Below, in pieces: positions 48,019-60,069 of a stretch of DNA of 64,000 nucleotides. The position numbers were made by a program, and so were the translations under genes. The notes beneath the pieces were generated by a model. The model ran no database searches. It saw only the letters and a program-made list of their open reading frames with translations, and was not told where the DNA came from. Numbering within the stretch: position 1 is the stretch's first letter; every line of letters begins with the position of its first letter. This stretch comes from Narcine bancroftii (lineage: Eukaryota): positions 29,016,001 to 29,080,000 of the forward strand of contig NC_091478.1 in assembly GCF_036971445.1 (NCBI RefSeq), written 5' to 3'.

Positions 48019-48445
48019 TAAATGGTTATATGGTTAGTTGAGTTATAGTGAAATGCCGATTAGGTTAGTGCTTTATTTCCTGGAGCATAGAAGAATGAAG
48101 GGAATTTTGATAGACGTATTCAAAATATGTGGGGTTTAGACAAGATAAGTGCAAGCAGGCATTTTCCACTGAGACCAGAACTGGAGGACATGGTCATGGG
48201 TGAAAGGTGAAATGTTTAAGGGGAATATTAGAGAGAATTTAGGAGAGAGTGAGGCTCAGTGGGTTCGATTTCAACATTTAAGGAAGATTGGATAGGTACA
48301 TGGATGGGAGGCTGTGTCTGGCAGTAGGTCAATGAGAAGGAATAAATACTTTGGCACTGACTAGATGGGCCAAAGGGCCTGTTTCTGTGCTGCAATGTTA
48401 TATGGTCTTCACTCAAGGTTTGTGTGTGGGCCTGCTGAATTTCAG

Positions 48446-48693
48446 CCCAAGCTGAGCCGGAGGGAGAAGGAAGCAAGCAAGCGAGAGGCGGAGAAGGAAC
48501 TGGCAAAGGTGGAACAGCAGCTCATGGACTCCAGCCGGCGGCCACAAACAGCTGATGACTTCGACCGTCTGGTCCTGAGCTCCCCCAACAGCTCCATCGT
48601 CTGGATGCAGTACATGGCTTTCCACTTGCACACCACTGAGATCGAGAAGGCTCGGGCTGTGGCTGAACGAGCTCTGAAAACCATCTGCTTCAG
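48446..48693 (+). CDS. PDCD11: PDCD11 coding exon 32
   Basis: ttcag|PKLSRREKE...[26 protein letters not shown]...ALKTICF|gtagga; 248 nt. Confidence 0.95.
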
Positions 48694-48699
48694 GTAGGA

Positions 48700-48960
48700 C
48701 GCATGGAGGGAGGGAGCTGGTGGGTGCTGAGGGAGGGGGGGAGCTGACAGGAGCGGGGGGGGGAGCTAGCAGGCACAGAAATGGGCAAGCACCAAGGGAG
48801 GGAGGGGGATCTGGTGGGTGCCAAGGGGGGGGGGGGGGAGTGAGCTGGTGGGCGCCAAGGGAGGGGGAGGAGTGAGCTGGTGGGCGCCAAGGGAGGGGAG
48901 AGTTGGCAGGTGCAGAGGAAGGAGGGAGCTCTCAGGGGGGGAGTGGGGAGCTAGCAGGCA
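48700..48960 (+). repeat. G-rich degenerate tandem repeat
   Basis: GGGAGGGGG..GAGCTGGTGGG(C/T)GCCAA units. Confidence 0.7.
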
Positions 48961-48964
48961 CGGA

Positions 48965-51060
48965 GTGACCAGAGGCATAGGAGTGGAATTAGGCCATTCC
49001 ATCATGGCAGATTTACTATCTTTTGCATCCCCATTCTTTTACCTTCTAAACTCCAGTGAGTACAATCCCAGAGTCTTCAAATGTTCCTTGTGTGAAAACC
49101 TTTTCAATCTGGGGATCATCCTTGTTAACCTTCCCTGGACCCTTTCCAATGCCAACACATCTTCCTTAAATAAGAAGCCCAAAGTTGCTCACAATGTGGC
49201 ATGACCAATGCCTTATAGAATCTCAACGTTACATCCCTGCTTTTATATCCTATTCCTCTAGAAATGAATGCCAGCATTGCATTTGTCTTCTTGACCAATG
49301 ACTCTACCTGGAAGTTGACCTTTAGGAAGTCTCGCATGAGGACTCCCAAGTCCCTCTTGCACCTCTGATTTCTGAACTTGTTGCCAATTTAGAAAATAGT
49401 CTACACCTTTATTCCTTCCACATGATCACACACTTCTCTACAATATTCCATCTGTCATTTCCTTGTCCATCTCCTAATCTAAGACCTTCTGCAGACTCAG
49501 TACTTGCACCATGCTACTTGTCCTCTTTGTATCGTCCACAAGCTTGGCCACAAAGCTATCTACTCCACCATCCAAATCATTGACACGTGATGTGAAAAGA
49601 AGCAGCCCCAACACCAAGCCCTGTGGTACATCACTGGTCACTGGCAGCCAACTAGAAGAGGTCCCTTTTATCTCCACTCTCTGTCTCCTGCCAGTCAGCC
49701 AGTCTATCCAAGCTAGTATCCTTCCCGTAACACCATGGGCTCTCATCTTAGCAGCCTCAGGTGCGCCACCCTGTCAAGGGCCTTTTGAAATCTAGGTAAA
49801 CCACATCCGCTGACTCTCACTCTGTCCTTCCTGTTATTTCCTCAAAGAATTCCCAACAGGTTTGTTTGGCAAGATTTCCCCTTCAGGAAACCATGCTGAC
49901 TTCAACCTATTACAGTGTGCCTCCAAGTACACCTAAACGTCATCTTTAATAATAGATTCTAACATCTGATCAACCACCAAAGTCAGGCTAATCAGACGGT
50001 AGTTTGATGTCTTCTGCCTCCCTCCTTTTGTAAAGAGTGGACCGGGAGTTGCAAGTTTTCAATCCTCCAGAACCATTCCAGAAAGATCACTACCAATGCC
50101 TGCACAATTTCTTCAATGACCTCTTTCAAAACCCTGGGGTGTAGTACATCTGCTCCAGGTGATTTATCCACCTTCAGACTTTTCAACTTTCCCAGCACCT
50201 TCTCCTGGGTTATACCAACTATACACACTTCTGCCCCTGGATACCTCTGGATCTCTGCTGTGTCTTCCACAGTGAAGACTGAGACAAAATATTTATTAAT
50301 TTTGTCTACCATTTCTTTGTTCCCCCATTACCATCTCCCCAGTGTCATTTTCCAGAGGTCCAAAGTCCACCCTCAATTCTCTTTAGCCCTTTGTACCTTT
50401 TGTAACTTTTCACTTCTTCTTTTGTGTTGCTGGTTAGTTTACCTTCGTATTTCATCTTTACTCTCCTTTTATTGCTTTTTTTGTTGTTGGTTTTTAAAAG
50501 CTTCCCATTAATTTTGCCATATTGTGCTTGTGCATTTTTGCTGTCTTTGATCTCCCTTTGTCAGCCACGATGGTCTCATCTCCCCATTAGAACATTTCTT
50601 CACCCTTGGGATGAATTTGTTCTGTGCCTTCCGAGTTAATTTCAGAAACTCCAGCCACTGCTACTCCGTCGTCAACCCTGCTGGTGTCAATTTGGCCTCC
50701 TCCTCTCCCTCGAACCTCTGTGGTCCCCTTTATTCCACTGGTACACTGACGCTTCTGATTTTAGTTTCTCCCTCTCAAGCTGCAGGGTAAATTCTAGCAT
50801 AATATTATCATTTCCTCCTTGGGATTCCTTTACCAGTTCTCTTATCAACTCTTACACAATGCCCATTCCAGAATTACCCCTTCCCTGGTCAGGTCAGCCA
50901 ACAACTGTTCTGAAAACCCATCCCATAGGCATTCATAAATTCCTTCTCTTGGGATCCAGAACCAACCTGGTTCTCCCAATCAACCTACATATTGAAATTA
51001 CTCATGACTATTGAAACATCGCCCTTTTTGCATTCCTTCTCTATCTCCCAGCAAGATCTC
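48965..51060 (-). mobile_element. CR1-type LINE, decayed EN-RT portion
   Basis: DKSPGADVLHPRVLKE; VTSDVPQGLVLG; KLVDDTK; KKTNAMLAFISRGI. Confidence 0.8.
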
Positions 51061-51270
51061 TTGCAGCAGTGCGGCCAGTTAACCTGCTGGGGGAAGGATC
51101 TCACTGCACCTCTGTGACCATCCACACAAGTCACGATCGCTGCCTTTGAGCGAACTTCTCCATCCCGCCTCTTCCTCTGCCGCCATTCGGTTATTCCTGG
51201 TGTTCTCCCACCCATGCTCAGTCGTGTTATTTGCCCACAGCTGCTTTTGTTTTTGCCTCTGAATTTTCAG

Positions 51271-51439
51271 GGAGGAACAGGAGAAGCTGAATGTCTGGGT
51301 TGCCCTGCTGAACCTGGAGAACCTCTATGGCACAGAGGAGTCACTGACGAAAGTATTTGAACGCGCGGTGCAGTACAGCAATCCCCTCAAAGTCTTCCAG
51401 CAACTGGCCAGGGTCTATACCAGGTCTGAGAAGTACAAG
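51271..51439 (+). CDS. PDCD11: PDCD11 coding exon 33
   Basis: ttcag|.[35 protein letters not shown]...EKYK|gtaggc; 169 nt. Confidence 0.95.
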
Positions 51440-51809
51440 GTAGGCAGCTGTCCAACTTCCGATGGTGAAGTCACAACACTGGCTTAGAGAAAACTGGCAA
51501 GGCGGGGTGTTCAACAGGCCCAGGCAGCTGCGCTGCCCAATGATAGCCACTGTCCTGTCCTTCTTTCAAGGAAGCTGCCTCAGGTTTTCCCCCTTCAAGC
51601 CCTTGGTGAAAGGGAAGACAGGAGGGGGGGAAGGGTTTTCCATTGCATGCTCAGTGAATGGAACAGAAATGCTGCCTGGGTGGAAAGGCAAGCCTCCTGG
51701 AGTTGCGTTGGAGAACTTGGAATGGTGGTGACCTGCCCTTCCCTGACCCTGCTTCAGCAAGTTTAGTTTCTAACAAAAAGCAGTTCATCAGAGTGAAGGT
51801 CCCTCCATG

Positions 51810-51912
51810 CTGTCCCATTACACACTCTCCAGGGTCAGGCATGGAGTGAAGCTCCCTCTACCACTGTCCCATCACTCACTCCCAGGGTCAGACACATAGT
51901 GAAGCTCCCTCT
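51810..51912 (+). repeat. Two units of the ~57-bp minisatellite family
   Basis: CCCATCACTCACTCCCAGGGTCAGACACATAGTGAAGCTCCCTCT; same as 60070-60520. Confidence 0.75.
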
Positions 51913-52286
51913 GCAGCCACACAGACGGAGAGCACTGGTGTTCACAGGGTGAAGCTATACGCGGTACACCTGGGAACATGTCAGAAGTGCCCCCATTCCA
52001 GTTTGTGATGTTTGTTATTTTGGATGCTGCCTCTGCTCTTTGGAAACACAATCACTAATTGCTTGATCGGTGCCAGCAGAGTTAGTGTACCCTCACCCAG
52101 CTTTAACAATACTTATTCAGAGTCAGGGTCCTCTCTACATGTGCTGAAGAGCCAGTCCATTGGGAAGTGACAGCCCCTGCTGGAGCTGGCTCTCTGTCTG
52201 TAGGTGGGCTATGTGCACGGTTGTGTGCAGACTGGTACTTGGCTGGGCTGGTCTGAACTGCTGTGTTGTGGGTTATGTTTTACCAG

Positions 52287-52440
52287 GAAGCGGACAACCT
52301 GTACAACACCATGCTAAAGCGGTTCCGTCAAGAAAGCAGTGTCTGGTTGGGCTATGCCACCTTCCTCCTGAAGCAGGGGCGAGCTGAAGATAGCCGTGCC
52401 TTGTTACAGAAGGCCCTCAGGGGTCTACCAAAGAAAGAAC
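52287..52440 (+). CDS. PDCD11: PDCD11 coding exon 34 (last seen)
   Basis: ccag|[20 protein letters not shown]...LPKKE.|gtaagt; 154 nt; ends in phase 1 with no stop, so further exons are required. Confidence 0.94.
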
Positions 52441-52682
52441 GTAAGTTGGGGATGGGGTAAGGGAAGCAGTCCGACTCCAACCTGGTGCTGGACTCAAGGG
52501 GGGATTGAACCTGCCACGACTCAGAAAGATAAAATTTTATCTGTGTTGGTGCCTTTCCACTTTGGAAAGAGATTGCAGTGTGCTTCAGTAATCATCTTCA
52601 GAGGGTTTAACACCAGGCACAAGAAGACTCCATGTATCCCCTTGAGCCCTGCTGCTGCTCAGGCAAATCTCAGCTGATTTTT

Positions 52683-52938
52683 AGACACCCATCTAGCCTG
52701 AAAACACCTGGATTTCTAGGATCTCGTCTGATCCTAGAGCTAAGCAGGCTCAGGCCTGTTCACTACTTGGATGGGAGATCGCCTGCGAATACCAGGTGCC
52801 AAAGTCTTTTTATTTTGTGAGAGGCACTAGACAGAGTGGAGACTCTGTCTGCCTTACGGTAGACAAAAAATAGAATTTCATGTATGTTACATTCTAAATA
52901 TAGTATTACATGACAGTAATGGTACCTTTTACCTTACC
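52683..52938 (+). mobile_element. 5S-rRNA-derived SINE (SINE3-type) or 5S pseudogene fused to a LINE-type tail
   Basis: GATCTCGTCTGATC...GCTAAGCAGG...TACTTGGATGGGAGA..GCCTG.GAATACC.GGTGC matches vertebrate 5S rRNA (A and C boxes), then a tail ending in TTACC repeats. Confidence 0.8.
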
Positions 52939-53434
52939 ATCCTTCCCCCAGTACCCTCATACCACAACAGGCAGCATCCCACAATGGTCTCCAGAATCTG
53001 TGAGCTAGGTGTGGGGAGGTTTCTTCCTTCACTGGCCAGCCTCAATGTGAGCTCACGCTTGAAACTTGACAGTGTCATCAAAGGGAAATGAGATGATGGA
53101 TGGTGTTGTGGATGCTGGAATGTGAATAGGCCAAAGCCAAATCCTTGGCAGTATCCGTGAAGAAAGGCCTTTCAGCAGAGCTAAGGAAATGGGGCAAGAA
53201 AGGATCAGCAGGAAGAACACTGGTGTGGTGAGCAAGAAGGTGAAGGTCAATGGCCCCCAAACCCCATTCAAGTCGTGCTCTTCATGGTGACAAAGCGTCC
53301 CCGGTGAAAATTTGGTCAAGATTTCAGCTCAGTGTTGGGGGATTAGGAAATGGTGCAGAGAGGTGAAGGCTCCCAAGTAAAACATCTGGCAAATGGGCCT
53401 TGCAGGCCTTCTGAGGCTCCCACCATCTGCCCTA

Positions 53435-53634
53435 NNNNNNNNNNNNNNNNNNNNNNNNNNNNNNNNNNNNNNNNNNNNNNNNNNNNNNNNNNNNNNNNNN
53501 NNNNNNNNNNNNNNNNNNNNNNNNNNNNNNNNNNNNNNNNNNNNNNNNNNNNNNNNNNNNNNNNNNNNNNNNNNNNNNNNNNNNNNNNNNNNNNNNNNNN
53601 NNNNNNNNNNNNNNNNNNNNNNNNNNNNNNNNNN
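53435..53634. other. Assembly gap (200 N)
   Basis: Run of exactly 200 N. Confidence 0.99.
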
Positions 53635-53681
53635 TGGTGAAGCTCCCTCTCACCCCCCGCTCCCTTTGCCTTAGTGCTCAC

Positions 53682-54233
53682 CTGGGACAGACAGCAAAGA
53701 TAGCGTCGGGCAGCCTCCCGAGAGATAGCCGCGGACTGGCTGATCAAGTCCTGACAGGGCAAGGCGGCGAGGAGCCGGCGGAGCTCGGCGGGGGCCAGCG
53801 GCAGCGCCGAGAGATTGGCGCCGAGAGCGCGAGGATCCAGGCGCTCGCTGAAGGCGCAGACGAAGCACTTTCCGTCCAGCAGGGTGACGCCGAGCCAGAC
53901 AATGGGCGCGACGAGAGCTCTCTGCAGCATGGAGCAGAGCATATAGCGCAGCACGCGGGCGTCCTTGGCTCGCCGCCCCTCGGGTCGCCGCCACTCTTCC
54001 ACCAGCACCGACACGTTGTTGTTGAGTACGAAGCCCAGCAGGAAAAGCAGCAGCGGTGGTAGCGCTAGGATGGCCAAGCCGTACGGTAGGTTGTAGCCGA
54101 CCAGGCACGGGCAGGTAAACTCAAAGGCCGAGTAGATCTGGGCGCTAGCCAACGCTAGGAGTCCGCACACCCCGTTCATGAACGACTCCTGGTTGGACTG
54201 AAGGAACTGGAATATCAGCCGGAACTTATCCAT
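53682..54233 (-). CDS. CALHM1: Calcium homeostasis modulator 1, coding exon 1
   Basis: [24 protein letters not shown]...CPC...EEWRRP...[11 protein letters not shown]...RYLCCLSQ|gtgagc; 184 codons. The N-terminus is the characteristic CALHM1 sequence. Confidence 0.92.
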
Positions 54234-55052
54234 CCCCTCTCCCAATGCTCGCCGTGGATTTCACCCCCCTCTCGTCCCAGAGTGAGCGACGCCCCTTCTC
54301 CGTCCCAAGGCGTTCTCCCTCAGCCTGGTCACCCTGGGCTCTGCGATGTCAACCCTCTGCTTTCTGCTGAGTTTCTCCTTTACTGACTCTCGCTCCCTCC
54401 CTCTTTCTCTCTCTCTCACTCGCCACCACTTTCTCTTCCGCACTCTCTTTTTTGATCTCTTCCTCTCTCTCACTCACTCTCTCTCCCTCTCATAAGAACT
54501 GGAGTCCTGGGTGAGACGCTGGAGCGACGCGGCGGGTCGGCAGCGTCGTGGAGACACAGGGGCAGTCAAAACGGGACCTTTACCGAACGGCATCCCTGTG
54601 GATGCTGCCCGACCCGCTGAGTCCCTCCAGCGTTGCAGTCAATAGGGATCTTGAACAGTTTCCAGAGTTCCACTTTAATTGGGCCATCACCTTCGTGCCG
54701 CTATGTTGGCAGAAGGGCCTGTTCCTGTGCTGTACTCTTCTACCGTCTATGTTCGAGTTATGGATAGAATTGAAACGTTTTGTAGCAGAGAAACAGGCCC
54801 TTCGGCCCAACTTGTCCATGCCGACCAAGTTAGTCCCTCCAGACCTTTCCTCCCCATGCTCCTGTAGAAATGTCTTAGATATAATGGTTGTATCCAGCTC
54901 TACTGCTCTCTATGACTATAATACATTGAGGCAGAATGAGACCATTCAGCCCAACGAGGTTTCCCTTTCAAACCCATTCTCCCACCTCCCCATAACTTTT
55001 GACACCCTGACTGATCAAGAATTTATCTCCCTCCGGTTTAAATCTACCCAAT

Positions 55053-56570
55053 GACTTGGCCTCCACAATCATCTATGGCCAAAAAAAATCCAGTTTAATG
55101 ATACCTTTCCTATAGTTGGCCAACCAGAACTGTGCCCAATACTCCTAGTGTGATCTCACCAATGACTTCTACAGTTGGAACGTGATATCCCTGCTCCTAC
55201 ACTCAATGTCCTGGCCAATGAAGGGAAATGTGCCAAACACATTCTTTACCATCCTAACCACCCATGTCACCATTTTAATGGAAACATGATAAAAGATCAT
55301 GGGGAATTAATAATAGGCAATGCAGAAATGGTCAGTTTCCTGAATTACTATTGTTAATAGTTGGAAGAGATGAATAACATGCCAAAGAGTGATATTAAGG
55401 AAGAATGGGAGGTGAAGACCTCGATACAATTGTTATCACATGAGGTAGTGCTGGTCAAACTAGTGGGTCGATAGGTCCCCTGGTCCTTATGGAGTGCAAC
55501 CTAGGGTGCTGAAAGAAATGGCAGAAGTTGCAGCAGGTATGTGCTCTATTCACTGGACAGGATATGACCACTTGTTTTCCTTCCTGACTCAGGACCTCCC
55601 CCCCCCCCCCCCATGATTTTAGAGAAGAACGTTTTGAATTGAGATCACACTGGAGCCAAATGTGAGATGTTGGCTGAATGTTGATTTCATTTGAATGTAT
55701 TTGAATGAGTTTTGTGGAGACAGTTGAACATTTCCATTCATTTAAATTACTTTGCAAGGACACTGGACTCCTCAAAGTATTGTCATCATCTAGAACAAGG
55801 TCATGGAGACAAATGGGGGAAGTAGCTGCAGGAAAACAGGAGCAAAAGACCCCTTTGATCCTGTACAGTCCCTGACCTCAGCTACACATTCAGTGGTGTA
55901 GTGAGATTGAGTACATAGGTCAGTAGTTCCTAATCCTAACCCTAACCTATCCTTTGTGGAAAGGTTTTTCCAGAACAACACCTTTGACCACACGACCATC
56001 CGGCTGTGGTCAGCACAGAACTTCCGGCAGAAACTGAGAGATGAGGGCTCAGTGGACCCGGTGGGATGATCCAGGACATCTGGTGGAATACCTTATCACC
56101 AGAGCTCACAAACAAACAATAGGACTTGGCCTGGATGGCAGTGAGAGGAGCCCTTCCAGTCAGATCCTTCCTGTACAACAACCAGAACTGCACCCACAAT
56201 GCTGAAATGGCCTTTTACCATGCTGTATGACTAAATTGTCTCCGAGCTGACTGCAGTGGAGTGGAGACTTTCACCCACCTCTAGTGAATGCAGTTTCACT
56301 AAGAGTGTGTGGAGAAGGATGCATGATCTTTTATCATGTTTCCATTAAAATGGTGACATGGGTGGTTAGGATAGTAAAGAATGTATTTGGCATATTTCCC
56401 TTCATTGGCCAGGACATTGAGTGTAGGAGCAGGGATATCACGTTCCAACTGTAGAAGACATTGGTGAGATCACACTAGGAGTATTGGGCACAGTTCTGGT
56501 TGGCCAACTATAGGAAAGGTATCATTAAACTGGATTTTTTTTTGCCATAGATGATTGTGGAGGCCAAGTC
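55053..56570. repeat. 249-bp inverted repeat pair (55053-55301 / 56322-56570)
   Basis: Arms are reverse complements with about 5 mismatches; ~1.02-kb spacer. Confidence 0.93.
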
Positions 56571-57615
56571 CTTGTCATGGAGTGACTCACACAGAATCAG
56601 GCATCAGAACTGCTGGAAAACCATCAACTCAGTGAAAAATACACTTTGATCTGCCTGAAACCTGTTGGTCTTTCAGCACACAGAGATATAAGTGCAGGAA
56701 TGCTGCTGACTGGCACATTCCAGGCTGCAGGAGTACATGCTGAGCCAATGCTAGGGCGCTGTGGGGAAAGACCATGGGCTAGAGTCCTCCTGTAACTACT
56801 GGGCACTGAGGGGCTGTGACCAAGGGGAAGCCCCTCAACCAACAGAGAGGGAGAACAACAAGGTGTCACAGTGGTGGAAATAGAAATGAATGTTACAATG
56901 TACAGTAACGAGAATGTATGAACACGACACTAAGGGTGGGAAGAAACTTTGAATGATTTTCCATATGTGAATAATTTGTTGTGAATAAATTCTATTTTTG
57001 GTTCAAAAAAAGACATTGGGAGATCAAAGGTATAGGCATGGAGGAATTCCATTGTGAACTGCCTTTCCCTGTTTGAAGTTCAAGCCCATTGAACTGGTCT
57101 CCAGCAGGAGACCAGGCCTTCACATGAAACCATGTGTCAATCCATTCCCCTTCACGCCCAGTTCTGCTAATCAATGACCTTCATCGATATTTGAAGGCCC
57201 TGAGTACTGCCAGTATGGTCAGCTGGTGAGTGATTGGGAGGGACCTCACCGGCTGTTCCAGCCATTGTGTGATTATAGCCAGCTGGAGCACAGGTTAGGT
57301 CCACCCTGGCGGAGCGAGGAAATGACCTCCATGTGATCAGCCTTCATCTACAGGATCAACCATAGAGAAATTGGGTTTTAACCATTTCCTGGGACTCATT
57401 GAGGATTGAACCAGGATGGTAGAGAAGAAGTGAGGGAAGACCATTTGGATTTCCAGAAGCCTTCCATAGGGTGCACTAGGTAGGTGGTAAAGGATGCTGG
57501 GGCAGGGGTGGGCGATAAATGCTGGTCATGCCTAACTGCATCCTTTAAAAATGGAAAAGAAATAAGCCTGCTGCTGGGTGCAAAACATAAAAGTCTGCAG
57601 ACACCTTGGGTGAAG

Positions 57616-57850
57616 TGAAAACTATGCTGGAGAAACTCAGCTGGTCAAACAGTGCACTTTATATAGCAAAGATAAAGATACAGAACCAACGTTTCTGGCT
57701 TGAGCCCTTCAGCAAAGGTATATGTTGAAGACTCATCATATGTACCTTTGATGACAGGCTCAAGTCCAAAATGTGGCATATATACTTATATCTTTGCTAT
57801 ATAAAGTGCACTGTTTGACCGCTAAGTTTCTCCAGCATTGTTGTTTTTAC
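57616..57850. mobile_element. Palindromic (foldback) Penelope-terminus-derived repeat
   Basis: ATGCTGGAGAAACTCAGC.GGTCAAACAGTGCACTTTATATAGCAAAGATA ... TATCTTTGCTATATAAAGTGCACTGTTTGACC..AGTTTCTCCAGCAT. Confidence 0.7.
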
Positions 57851-58924
57851 CTAAGCCTGCAGCTGGGATGTAGAGTGGGGGAGGTCATTCTTTGAGGAGT
57901 GAACCATGGAAGTCTGCACTCTGCAGACGCTGTGATTGCAGTAAAAACACAGATATGCTGGAGGAACTCAGCCGATTTTTGCAGCGTCCATAGGAGGTAA
58001 AGATATATACCGACGTTTCTGCCCGAGTCCTTCTTCAAGGTCTGTGAGGCAAAGTGATCGAGGATTGACCCAGGGATTGTCACTGTTTGCATTTTGTTGA
58101 TTTACTCCAGGTACATCTGCAAATAGCAGGCAAATACTCCAGGGCCATCTGCTGCAGTTCCTGCTGCACGTACGGCCTAGAGCCAAGCTTGTTCCCTAGG
58201 AGAAGCTGCTCGGCCCTTTGAGTCTGTTCAATGCACCAGTATCTCTCTGCAAAGAGAACATTTTACACCCTCCCAGATGGTTTGCACTGAACTCCAGAAC
58301 TGCAGCGCTCCCAGCTGCATTGCTCTGCAGGAGTTGCCAGTTACTGACCCACTGGGGCTTGTGGCCAAAGCTTCCAGTGGATCCCAGTCAGGCTGTACCC
58401 ACCCTCGGTCAGGATGGCTTATCAAATCCAAGCCCCAGACCTTTCCTTGGGAGCCAATCCTTCCTGGTCCAACTCCCGAGGAGGCTCCCGTGGCAGGTGG
58501 ACCATCCAGTATTGATCTAATCTTCCAGAGCAGACTACCGTGCGAACCTAACCCAATGCTTCATGAAATACACATTTACAACTTCTACAGCTGTGTCCTC
58601 ATAAACCTCTTGGTCACATCTTCAAAAAACTCATTGAGATTTGTGAGATATGACCTTCCAATTACAAAACCATGCTGACAGTCCCGAATCAGCCCTTATC
58701 TATCCAGGTGCATGTACATCTTCCCCTTCCGAATACTCTCAGGCTTTTCCCTACTGTGTTTCTTGGACAGAGGCACCATATTTTGCACCTTCCAATCTTC
58801 CAGCACCTCACCTGTACTGAATAATGATTCATAAATCTCAGTCAGGGCCCCAACAATTTCCTCTCCAGCTTCCCACTGTGTGCTTGGATGCAACTGATCA
58901 GGTCTAGGCGATTTGTCTAACCTT

Positions 58925-59925
58925 ACTACTCTTTGCAGACGATGCCGCTTTAGTTGCCAATTCAGAGCCAGCTCTTCAGCGCTTGACGTCCTGTTTTGCG
59001 GAAACTGCCAAAATGTTTGGCCTGGAAGTCAGCCTGAAGAAAACTGAGGTCCTCCATCAGCCAGCTCCCCACTATGACTACCAGCCCCCCCACATCTCCA
59101 TCGGGCACACAAAACTCAAAACGGTCAACCAGTTTACATATCTCGGCTGCACCATTTCATCGGATGCAAGGATCGACAACGAGATAGACAACAGACTCGC
59201 CAAGGCAAATAGTGCCTTTGGAAGACTACACAAAAGAATCTGGAAAAACAACCAACTGAAAAACCTCACAAAGATTAGCGTCTACAGAGCCGTTGTCATA
59301 CCCACACTCCTGTTCGCCTCCGAATCATGGGTCCTCTACCGGCATCACCTACGGCTCCTAGAACGCTTCCACCAGCGTTGTCTCCGCTCCATCCTCAACA
59401 TTCATTGGAGCGACTTCATCCCTAACATCGAAGTACTCGAGATGGCAGAGGCCGACAGCATCGAATCCACGCTGCTGAAGATCAAACTGCGCTGGGTAGG
59501 TCACGTCTCCAGAATGGAGGACCATCGCCTTCCCAAGACCGTGTTATATGGCGAGCTCTCCACTGGCCACCATGACAGAGGTGCACCAAAGAAGAAGTAC
59601 AAGGACTGCCTAAAGAAATCTCTTTGTACCTGCCACATTGACCACCGCCAGTGGGCTGATATCGCCTCAAACCGTGCACCTTGGCGCCTCTCAGTTCGCC
59701 GGGCAGCAACCTCCTTTGAAGAAGACCGCAGAGCCCACCTCACTGACAAAAGACAAAGGAGGAAAAACCCAACACCCAACCCCAACCAACCAATTTTCCC
59801 CTGCAACCGCTGCAACCATGTCTGCCTGTCCCGCATCGGACTTGTCAGCCACAAATGAGCCTGCAGCTGACGTGGACATTTACCCCTCCATAAATCTTCG
59901 TCTGCGAAGCCAAGCCAAAGAGAGA
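58925..59925 (+). mobile_element. RTE-clade LINE, 5'-truncated, long open frame
   Basis: LLFADDAAL RT motif followed by a 291-aa ORF; premature stop just before RACS; GA-rich tail. Confidence 0.93.
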
Positions 59926-60069
59926 GATACGTATCAGTTGTAATAAAACCTATGAAATGTTTTCTTTAATCTTAGTGATTGATAATAATTGATGTGTTGA
60001 TGTTGAATAATGGAATAACAACAATTATGTGAAATATTTTGTAAAATATTCTGCATTTATATACTCAGA

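Larger units (their letters stand above)
3594..52440 (+). other. PDCD11: PDCD11 / RRP5 homolog gene body (34 coding exons seen, 3' end missing)
   Basis: N-terminus MAAMDEDFPRGG; many S1 RNA-binding repeats; C-terminal HAT repeats ([40 protein letters not shown]). All exon phases are compatible; total 5107 nt. Confidence 0.97.

Noticed and set aside
52683-52810. Functional 5S rRNA gene
   Set aside because: Diverged 5' end, an internal insertion, many substitutions, solitary intronic position and a fused retroposon tail.
53343-54245. 300-aa single-exon CALHM ORF from the ORF track
   Set aside because: It reads through a consensus donor at 53682/53681 and across Ns, and starts at a TTG; the real exon is 54233-53682.
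55928-55950. CCTAAT-CCTAAC-CCTAAC telomere-like repeat
   Set aside because: Only about three imperfect units; not significant.
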